Part shown: in pieces, positions 1-9,581 of the stretch
Layout: the number at the start of each line of letters is the position of its first letter
Numbering within the stretch: the stretch's first letter is position 1
Assembly (NCBI GenBank): GCA_031835245.2
Contig: JAVKOQ020000040.1
Coordinates: forward strand, 244,571-264,570
Direction of reading: 5' to 3'
Source: Balamuthia mandrillaris
Taxonomy: Eukaryota
DNA: 20,000 nt
Notes under the pieces: generated by a model
Seen by the model: only the letters and a program-made list of their open reading frames with translations
The model's database searches: none
Told to the model about the DNA's origin: nothing
Program-made: the position numbers and the translations under genes

Positions 1-1938
1 ACCCAGTACCGAGTCGTAGAGCAAACCTCCATCTCTATCGGGTGGTCTTCTCAAGGGTTGATCCTTGTTCGTAGCAGCCAGCCTCACCCTTTTTTCCCCA
101 GCAAGTTTGTTGTTGACGTCATGGACGATAGGAAGTTGGGTTAGCTTCTCAACAAACGTTTGTTGTTGACGTACAGACCAACAACTTATTTAGGCACTTG
201 AGGTCTTGAAGCGAGAGGGAGAAGGATCGCGGTTTGTACCTTGGGCACATGTCGCAGTGTGGCTAAAAGACAGTTTTAGGAAAAAAAAAACAAGAGATGT
301 CAAAGAACAAGATAACATGAAACGTAGAACCTACCTATATTGGGAGCTTTTTGAAGAATCTTCTGCAAAGTAAATGCCACATCCAAACATCCTGTTAGTC
401 AGATAACGTCAGTTTGTGCTAGGGTTAATCACCAGCAGCACCAAAACTACATCGGTTTTACCCCGCCAAATTTGATACCCGTTCGTCAAATCCTATAAGC
501 GGTTAATGTGTGAGTACCCTCTAACATTAGAAAAAAAAAAAACAAAAACAAAAAAAAGAAGAACCCATACCTGACTCGCAAATCTTATCCACAATTTTGT
601 GGTTCAGCCCATGAAACAGCTGTACAAAGTGTTTAGTATGCATAAGAATATATGAGTACAATGTAGAAAGGATAGGTGCGTACATGATATTCATTTGCCG
701 CCGGATCGATAGGGTTCCCTGTCTTAACACCAACTATGTCCTCTGGCTTGGCATCATTACAGCGTATGACTTCTTGTTTGCGGAGATAATAATGGCCCCA
801 AAGGGATGGATGTTGTAGCCGAAAAATCTTGCGTACTGCAAAAGACCTGATACAGAAGGAAGGGAGATAAGCGATCAAACAAGAACTCGGTATGACAGCA
901 GCGAATACCTATAGCCATAGCGACTGAGGATAAGAAGGATAACAGTCAGTAAAAGTTTTCTGAGCATCCATCATTGTACAGACGAGTACCTTTTGTGAAG
1001 ATCGCTGATGGTGGATTGCATCAAATGAGAAATCTTTTCATATTCATCATCTCCCCTAAACAGCTCCACTTGCTGCACTTTGTTGAAGGGAGTGGACCAG
1101 TGTTGTGGAAATCCAACTTCCAAGGTGTACGTTCTTGTCTCTGCAGCATGGTTGTTAGTTAAACGACAACAGATTCCATTTTTAAAACGAAGAAGATACG
1201 AACCTAGCTTTTGCTTCTTCAACTCGATGGTCTCCTAGAGTTTTTTGTTGGTTGTTGGGACATTCAGTTGTAAACAAAAAGTGTCATAAGAAAAGATAAG
1301 AGGGTCTCACATCTTTCTTGCTGTCGAACAAGTCCTCGTGGTTTCGTTTAAGTTTGCTGGAAACTTCTTTTGTTGCCTGTTGGGTACTAGTCTGAGTGGT
1401 GGAGGTCGCTACTGTTGCTGTTGTTGTCGTCACCGTTGCAGTATTTGAAGCTGAAGAAGCCGAGGTTGAGGGCTGCTCGCTTTTCAATAAGGCTGGGTAT
1501 GGCTGCTGAACTATCTTATCATCCACTGTCCAAACACAAAGTAAACAACAACAATAAGAACAACAACAACAGCAAAGAAGAAGAAGAACAAGAAGAACAA
1601 GAAAAAGAAGAAAGCTAGTAATTAACTGATGCGGCCCCACCTGGGGCTTGTTATTATCCAAGTGATCTTGCGCCCCTGTCTGGCCATGCGCGCCCATTTG
1701 GAGGTTTTGGTCTTGTTCTGCTCCATAAAGTTGTAGCCAGCCACTCGGCAGGAACTGCAGCCGTTTTTGGCGCGCTCAATGGCGACCACGGTACCATCGG
1801 AGAGGACAGCCTGGTCGTCACCGGCGTGCATCGCCCAATGCACCACCAACGCATCTTTTTCTGTAACTCACCCCAATTTAGCAAAAGGCACTTTTCCCCA
1901 ACAAATCCAGAGGAGGATTACCGCGCACCTTGCAGCAT
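1..1938 (-). CDS. PARP (ADP-ribosyltransferase) catalytic-domain protein, tankyrase-like catalytic domain, with an uncharacterised N-terminal domain; 3' end lies beyond the window start
   Basis: Manual GT-AG splice model, exons 1938-1929, 1860-1627, 1525-1311, 1234-1204, 1140-990, 923-909, 846-684, 619-571, 492-462, 391-335, 262-240, 184-175 (uncertain), 88-<1. Spliced product contains EYEKISHLMQSTI...VRKIFRLQHPSLWGHY...NEYHLFHG...[33 protein letters not shown]...RRPP...YDSVLG. These are the HG, GxGIYFA and YDSV motifs of PARP catalytic domains. The third catalytic triad residue is outside the window. Confidence 0.88.
1545..1613. repeat. (CAA)n/(GAA)n simple repeats in PARP intron 2
   Basis: Directly visible; lies within intron 1626-1526. 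Confidence 0.85.
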
Positions 1939-2111
1939 CACCGTTCCTTGCTTGCTTGCGTTACTTCTTCTTAACTCTTTTGCGTGCCAATAAAAACAAT
2001 AAGGGGCAAAATCCTTCTTGGAAGGGAAATTGCAATCACAATCACATCATGATGTATGTATTTAAATTAAATTTGTTTCCAGGAAAAAATAAAAAAAAGG
2101 CAGGGACAAAG
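1939..2111. promoter_or_regulatory. Putative bidirectional promoter / 5' UTRs between the divergent PARP and SPIDR-like genes
   Basis: 173-bp AT-rich gap between opposite-strand start codons. Inferred from geometry only. Confidence 0.5.
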
Positions 2112-4570
2112 ATGAATGTTCACCAACCAGCAGCAGGAGGAGGGGGAGGAGGAGGTGGTGGAGGCTGGATATCCAGGAAGAAGAAGCGGGCCAACCCGTG
2201 CGATACTGTATCAAAGGGGCAGGCATCGACAACTTCTCCTGCTGTTGTAAATACCCCTGTTGCTACAAATTCGCCTTTTGGCAATGGAGCACTAGCAACG
2301 GGGCTGGCTACCATCAGCGGTACACCTGGGACGCCCATGGCAGCCATGCCCCAACCGAATGCAGTAATTGAGAGAAGCGAACCGATGGAGGAAGTGGTGG
2401 TAGCTCCCGCTACGCCACCGCAGATTAGGCCAAGGGCTTCCATAAAACTCTCCCCTTGCTCGTCGCCCGAGGTAAAGAGGCACCACCCCACCACCACCCT
2501 CAATTTCATTTTGTTCCGCTAACAGCTTTTTTTTTGTTCCTGTGTTGCTGTTGGTTAAAAGTTGGTGATGATACCTTCTTCGCAGGAGGAAGAAGTAGAC
2601 TCGGCTCCCTCATTCCCGTTGCGGCAAGCCTCCTCTTTCGCTTCACAACCAATCATCTACTCGTTGTCCTCCGAAAGCAACTCTCTGAAAGAAGAGGATA
2701 GTGACGACATAGTGGTAGGCACTGAGGAACAGGATGAAGTGGAGGATGACGTAGAAGACTTCAGTTTCGTGTCCTCTCTCTCTCTCTCTCCCCCTCGCTC
2801 TCACTTCTTCTGCTGACTAGAGTGCTCTCCTCAATATAGGTGAAGAGGAGTGTATGCCTGTGCCTCCTAAAGCGCAGCCACAACTTTTACCTGTAAAGCA
2901 ACAAAAAGGCTCCATCTCAGCTCCATCCCCGGCCTCCCATCGTTTTCATATGGCAACGGCCACGAAACAACTGGCTAGTTCCCATGTGCTTCCATCTTTT
3001 TCCAACTGTCATTCCAAACGAGTCAAAGCAGAGCCCCTTGATAACGACTACGATGTTGATGGCAACGCGGGTGCCCTCTTCGTGAACGTGCCCATTGGTT
3101 GTAGTCATTCTGGTCGGAAGGAGGTCCCTCAAACGGATTTGGAGGATGACTTGCTACCTACTCCCATGTTCTTCACGCCCTTGGGACACATGGTAGCCCC
3201 TTTCTCCCATCTGTCTACTCTCCTATTCACTCACCCTATTTCCTCTCTTGCATTCGTTTTCTCTTGGTTGTCTTCGTTCATGGTGTAGGACAATACAACC
3301 GAGCCCGCGGAAAACAACCACGAAGAAGAAGAGGAAGAAGACGCAGATACGTGTTACTCAGTTAATGTGGAAGGTAACAGATCGCCTGTCGGACCTTCAA
3401 ATGACGCAGATGAAGATATAGAGGTAGACCCTTCAACAGTAAATGATCCTCAACCCAATGAACAACAAGAAACCCACCTGGAAGACAATGCCGATGAAAT
3501 AGAAATGTATTCCGAGGAACAGGAGGAAGAAGAGCCTGCAGATCTATCTCACCTTCACCGATTCAAGCCATATGGCAAGGCTTCCAAGCTAGAACCTTGC
3601 GCTTCCGCAATGACCCCTTTGGGGCCTCGTGTTCGTGTAAAAGAGGAGGAGGTTGAAGAACTTTCGGAAGAAAGCCCTGCCTTCCTTGCCCCCTCTCGTT
3701 CCCCCCATACATTTTCAAGGGTTTCGCCCTTTCGCGTAAAGGGAGCTTCTGTACAAGATCAAGATGCGGCCGTAAGTGGCGCTACTGAACGTTTTTTGAA
3801 TACCCTCAAGACTCCAACAAAGGATACTCAATCCATTGAATCCGACTCGACCTCGCCCCATCGGTCACACTATCTTAGGAACGGCTACGCTACAAAGTTA
3901 CAAAATCTCTTACATCGCAAGAGTTATGAAGGCTCAAAGATATCTTCTGCTGCCTCTCCTGCCTTTGTTTTAACTGAAACTAATCCAGCCTGCACACCAA
4001 ACGGCCTTGAAACCTCTTCTCCCTTATATGTACAAATCTTATCGCTTATCAACTATCCAGCAGACTCGCTTTCCCTTGCCTCCTGCCTAACACTTAGCCC
4101 AAGTGACCAGGTTTTTGGTTGCCTATCTTCATTCTGTCAAATCCAACTCTACTAACCACTTGTATTGACCAACAAGGCTCTGCGTTATTTGGTTTTGGTT
4201 ATTCCCGATTCTGTGAAACAGTCACTTCAACTTACTCGCGGCATGTTTGTGGAGCTTTATCCTCCTTGGTTAATATTCCTCTTTCCTGTTGTCCTGTGTT
4301 CTGTCTTTACTCATGTCGAACTTTACGTTTCGTTCCTTGTGAAGGCGCCAACTACAAGTTGTGACAACACATAGGAACCAATTGGAACACAGCTTAGTTC
4401 TGTTTGCGGAGCAGTGCGAACTTGCTAAACCAACGAGTGACACTTCCCAGCACAATTGTTCTGCCATCCATGCTGAAGCCTGTGCGCAACGCACTCAAAC
4501 CATTCTTCCGTTCACATTAGGAGATTTGCAAGGCAGCCATGTGGCTTCCGATAAAAACGAAACGTGCTGA
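2112..4570 (+). CDS. ~674-aa protein with a long acidic, disordered N-terminus and a C-terminal SPIDR-like (DUF4502-like, predicted OB-fold) region
   Basis: Exons 2112-2471, 2562-2763, 2840-3192, 3289-4110, 4177-4268, 4375-4570. All junctions are GT-AG and frame-consistent (2025 nt including stop). Motifs YLRNGYATKLQNLLHRK, LYVQILSL...SLASC and GMFVELYPPWNQL...VLFAEQC resemble, from memory, SPIDR GGLAERLNGLQNRER, LTVKILEL...VAMC and VRIFPPWQKL. The gene model is more certain than the family assignment. Confidence 0.7.
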
Positions 4571-4696
4571 TAGTACACCCCTTTGTTTTTGACGTGGAAA
4601 TAAACCAAAGTACTCTAGTTTCTTTATGCAATCATGAGCCACAACTAGTCCTTTTTGCTGTGTTTGAACACAGAGAGGAAGAGGGAAGGAGGGAGG

Positions 4697-4699
<3 letters not shown>

Positions 4700-4729
<30 letters not shown>
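4700..4729. repeat. (GA)n microsatellite between convergent 3' ends
   Basis: Directly visible. Confidence 0.9.
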
Positions 4730-4733
<4 letters not shown>

Positions 4734-4798
4734 CAGAAAGTAAAAAACTGCATTGCCACAGCAACTGACAGTACAGTTTGGTGCCGCCTTAGTTTGGC

Positions 4799-6852
4799 TT
4801 ATTTGCCCATGCCCATAAGCCTAGAGAGAACAGCGTCAAGCTCAGAGAGCTTTTGCTCCGAGCTGGCAAGCTCAGCTTCCACCTCCCGCCTGCGTTCCAC
4901 TTCCTCCTCGTACTTTTGAGTAAGAATGTTGATTTCCTCTCTCAAGCTCTCAGCTTCTTCAGTGACTTCACTGACAGCCTCTTCTCCAAGCTTTTGCAAC
5001 TGCTCGGAAGCTTCCATCCACTGCTCCACTTCGGCCTCAAGGCGCTCGATAGTTTGCGTCTTTTCGTCCAAGAGTCTTTGGTATTCGTTGATCTTATTTT
5101 GGAGGTCAGAGGGGGCTTGGCTGGACTTGGCTTGAGCCAAGCGTTTTTCCAGTTCCTCTCGTTTGGCAACTTCGTTCTCGTTCTTCTTGATCTGTGAATT
5201 TACGTCGCTGCTAAGTCGCTGCACCTCGTTGGTCAGCCTCTGGACCTCGCTGGTCAGCCTGTTAACTTCGCCTTGGTTGTTGGAAGATTCTGCACGAGTG
5301 CGGGCCAATTCGTCACGTTCTCCTTCTGCTTCCACTCGTTTTTTCTCGGCTTGTTCGAACTTGGCTTTCCACTTTTCCAGTTCTTGTTGGAGAGCTTTTC
5401 TCTCCGCATCGCTGTTGGAGTTGGCTTGTAAGGTCGCAGAAAGTTCATCTTTCTCTTTTTGTAGCTGTTCCTTGACTTCACCCTCTTCCTCTAGACGCTG
5501 TTGCAGGTTCTTGACTTGATCACCAAGGGATTGTGCTTGCTGCTCGCTCTCCTTGAGTTGCTCTTCAATAGCAACCTTAGCAGCGCGCAGAACATCTGCC
5601 TTTTTCTCCAGAGCCACACACTTATCTTGCAATGAAGACACCTGCTCTTGCAAGGCTTCAAGTTCGCTGCTGCGGGCGCTTTGGTCATCCTCAGCACTGG
5701 CCTTGAGTTTCTCCGCCTTGTCCTTTTCTGTGCGGAGGCTTTCTGTGAGTTCCGCAATGGTCTTTTGGCTCTCTTCCAAAGCAGCCTCCTTTTTCTCCAG
5801 GCTAACTCGCAGGTGGGCGACTTCGCTCCTTAGGGCAGCCTCTTTCTCCACCACTTCTCTAGTTTGTATGGTACTTCCTTCTTTTTCTTTCAGGGCCTCG
5901 GTCAGCTCCTTTACTCGCATCAGCTGAACTTCCAGCTCCGCAGACTTATTCTCTATCTCCGCCTCCAGTTCGCGCTTAGAACTTTGAAGCTCTTCCAGCT
6001 TGCTCTTCTCACTCTCAAATGCGGCAACCGTGCTCTCCAAGTCTCTAGCTTTGCTTCTCAGCTGCTGCTCCGCTTCTTTACGAGCCTTGTCTGCTGCCTG
6101 TCGCTTTTCATTCTCCTTCTCTAAGCGCTCCTTTATGGCATCAAGTTCTTGCTGCACGTTGCTCAACTCCTCCGATTGAGATTTTGATTGAGAGGCATGG
6201 CTCTCTTGCTTTTGTTTCAAAGCATCCAACTCTGCTTTGAGGCTGTCACTCTCCTTCGTCTGTTTGGCTAAGGCTTTCTCCGCTTCCTTTAGCTTCACTT
6301 GAAGCTCCTCTAAATTCTTTGACTTTTCTTCCATCGCTTTGGCAAAGTTAGCCAACAGTTGAGTTGAAGCAGCAGACGATGCCAGATTTTTCTCCGCGCT
6401 TGCTGCTGCTGGCACAGATGATGATGTTGCCGAAACAGCAATGGTGGGGCTAGCGGTGGTGGCCGGTGTAGAGGCGGACGAGACCGCTGGAGAAGGCTCA
6501 GCTGCCGCTACAGTTTGTTTAGCTTGGGAAACAGGAGCCGCAGAGGAAGATTCACCGGCTGAAGCGGGTGTAGCCACAGCAGATGGGCGGGGCGACGGGG
6601 AAGCACGCGAAATCTCCGGAGAAGGAGATCTTGGGGAGGGCGCAAAGTCCTCTTCATGTCCTTTTTCTTTTGCTGAGGTCGTTTCGGAACTGGTGCCAGC
6701 ACTAGCTGATGAAGCCAACGCCTTTTTTCTTCCAGCTCCTTTCGAAAGGGCTAGCTGTGTTGGCTCCCCACCAGCTGCTGGTACTTCAAGAATTTTTTCT
6801 ACGAGATCAGGCAGAAAACGCCAGTGGTCAGTCATTGAGTTTGTTGGAGAGG

Positions 6853-6892
<40 letters not shown>

Positions 6893-8300
6893 GTAGAAGA
6901 GAGAAGAGAGAGAAAGGAAGAGGGGAGCTCACTTGTATCGAAGACGTGAAAGTCTGTGGAAGAACTATCACCGCCTAGCAAATAGAGCAAGGTTTTGCCT
7001 ACAAGATTCAAGGTATGGCCAAGTCGTGGGGTTGGGGTAGAGCCTTCTGTTGTAGGATCCACATCATACCACTGCATAGTCTCTGTAAAGAAAACGAGAG
7101 AAGATTAGCGATCTTCCACTAAATTGAAATATTCAGATGGGGAGGTGCTGGTAAACCTAAATCCAAATAGTGAACATCAGAGAGTGGGCCAGAAGGTCCC
7201 TCTCCACCGAAAATGTACATATGGTTGCCGACGATGTCTGCTCCAGCTCCATAGCGAGCTGGAATAGATCCACGTACCTCTGGTTGACTCCAAGTGAAGG
7301 TGTCTACACCCAAGAAGCAAAAGCAAAGATGAAATGTCAGTTTAGGTTCTCTTGTCTTCTCTTTATGTCCATGTGTAGAGTTATATCAGAAGGAACCAAC
7401 GTGGTTAACGTACCAACATCGAGAATGTGGACGTCGCTAAAGCAATTTTTGCCGTCGCTACCGCCGTACACAACCATCTTTTTGCCGCATATGACGGCGT
7501 TGTGGGAATAACGAGCAGCGGGGGGAGTGCCCTGCGGCTTCACCACACTCCATTCATTCTTTCTGCTTTCTGGAATGGCAAGGTTAGGCCAGCCCAAGAG
7601 AAGTCCTTGCCCAAAAGAAAGCACTCACCGTTGACAAATAAATAGAGGTCGTTAAGGGGGCGGACCAGGTAACGCCCTCCAAAGATCAGAACCTTGTGCT
7701 CCGTCAACGACACCGCCGAATGTGCGCTTCTTGGCAGAGGTAAGGTACCAGTACACCTTGGTCGCGACCACGCATTGGTGCCTTTTGGTGCAGGGTGGAG
7801 AGGCGTGAGGGCCGAAATAGAAAATTATAACAACGACAACAAGCAACAAACAAACAACATAAGACAACAACAAAAAACAAAAGTAGAATTGCAACGCACT
7901 GGCATTCAGCAGAAACGTGTCGTTAAATGAGTGGCTTTTGTCCTTGCCGCCAAAGATGAGGAGGTGGTCCTTGCCGTTGTTCTTTACTACAGAAGCAGAA
8001 TGACCGTGGCGAGGTGTGGGAGGTTGTCCTCGTACGTCTACTTTATCCCACGACTTGAGTCCACCTAGTGATTATGTAGCCGCGCTGGTTAGTAAGGGAT
8101 CAACGAACATTGGGAAGAAGTACTGCTACTAATTATTGGGTAAGAACGTTACCCGTGGCAAGCACAAAGACGTCGTCGGCGGCAGTGCCGTCCGCGTTAA
8201 GGCCCCCATACACGTAAATCTTATTTTCCAGGGTGGTGGCGCTGTGTTCGGTCCTTGGCAAGGGAGTGGCACCCCTCGCACGAGCTGCAGTCCAGGCCAT
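4799..8300 (-). CDS. Kelch-repeat (6-blade beta-propeller) protein with Ser/Ala/Pro-rich linker and long C-terminal coiled coil (Kel1/Tea1-like architecture)
   Basis: Exons 8300-8153, 8064-7900, 7781-7629, 7569-7414, 7303-7157 and 7082-6933 each encode a Kelch repeat (W...G..P.PR..H.......(F/Y/L)GG......D...(L/F)D). A 2-kb exon 6798-4799 encodes the linker and E/K/Q/L heptads. The start is uncertain: ATG 8300 (MAWTAARARG) is used, but upstream splice sites and an ATG at 8717 could extend the gene. Confidence 0.88.
6857..6912. repeat. (GA)n microsatellite / purine tract in a Kelch gene intron
   Basis: Directly visible. Confidence 0.9.
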
Positions 8301-8807
8301 GTTGACGATAAGGCTCTTGTTGTGTTTTTGCGGTGGTTGTGGGTGCTGTTGTGCCCGCGCAACCTAACCTTTGTAACAGAAGCAGCAGTGGCGGCGGCGG
8401 CGCTGCTGAATTGAAATAATATTTGGCCAAAAATAAAAAAAATGCTAGCGTGGGTTACGGCAACCACCACCACAACCACAAAAAAAAAAAAACAGCAATA
8501 GACCCGCACCGCAATCTAACGTGGAAATGCTTGCATTTTTTTTTTTTGAACTTGGTGGTAGGGGTTGTGCCCCCATCCTGTGGACATGCCCAAGTGAGGC
8601 GATTGATAGTGGTCTGGGCTTCCACCACCCATAACATGGCATGTAATATGATCTTTGCGCCGCCTTAGCAGGGATACTGACGACCTGGTCGCGCTGCGGT
8701 GACCTTCGTGACGACATGATTTTATTAAAAATCGCCAAAGAAAAAACAACAGCCAGAAGCAAGCGGCGGCAGGGGAAGTGGTTCACTGCACTCCGAAAAT
8801 TCACAAC

Positions 8808-9411
8808 ATGGAAGCGCTCAAGGAAGGGCTGGCGGCCCTCCGCCCTACCCAACAAATAGTGCAAGTGCTACGGCAACGCGGCCAGCTCAACAGGAGAGAC
8901 CTTTGGAATGAGCTCGTGCGGCAAAACACTTGTGGGTGTCTTCTGCTCACCTTTTTTTTGTATGTTTGTTGTGGGCCGTGCTAACGCGTAATCCAACCAT
9001 AACGCCATCACCACCATCACCAAAAACAACACTAAACACTCAGCCATAAGGAGCAAGTTCCAGAGCAAAAAGATTTTGAGGTGGTTGCTACACCGGAACC
9101 GTGTGCAAAAAGTGAGCGTAGAGGGACAAAAGCGTCTGCTGTTCAAAGTTAACGAAGAAAACGAGGCCAAGGCACAGCGCAAAAAAGAGCAGAAGAGAAA
9201 ATACGTGGAACTTACCCAGAGCGAAGTTCTGCGAAGGCAGCGACAATACGCCCTGCGCCTGGCCATGCAGCAGGGCTCTGTCAGGCGGTCTGAGGACGAT
9301 CCCAACACCAGGAAGAATAGGGCTAGGGCCAAGCTTGAGGCCCGCGCTAAACTCGCCATGCAAACTCCGATGAGCCCCACCTCCTTAGACAATGCTTCCC
9401 CCTCCACATAA
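8808..9411 (+). CDS. Small basic 163-aa protein, winged-helix-like; resembles mitochondrial ribosomal protein mL80
   Basis: Exons 8808-8931 and 9044-9411 join in frame (intron GTGGGT...CAG containing GCTAAC). TQQIVQVLRQRGQLNRRDLWNEL..SIRSKFQSKKILRWLLHRNRV resembles the recalled plant mL80-type pattern I...VKEHGPL...ETW...LTSKRHMK.VLRWM..RQKL. CDS is confident, family moderate. Confidence 0.7.
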
Positions 9412-9581
9412 AGGTCTCTTCTTGTCTGTCTCTCTTATTTTTTGGTTGGTATCGTGTGTGTTATTTGTTTGGGGGCTTTTATTCCTTGTTCTGGTTGCAA
9501 ATAGGAGATAGGCACTAGAGCAAAGCCTATTCGGACGGACTGTCCCTGCTGCCGCAGCAACTCCTGGAACGGCTTCGGGGA

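Noticed and set aside
1767..2111. 5' extension of the 251-aa ORF 1767-2522
   Set aside because: Begins at a non-ATG codon, overlaps PARP exons 1-2 antisense and crosses the intergenic gap. ATG 2112 is the plausible start.
4731..6896. Multiple + strand ORFs of 60-150 aa
   Set aside because: Antisense shadows of the coiled-coil exon; Ser/Leu/Phe-rich composition mirrors E/K/Q codons.
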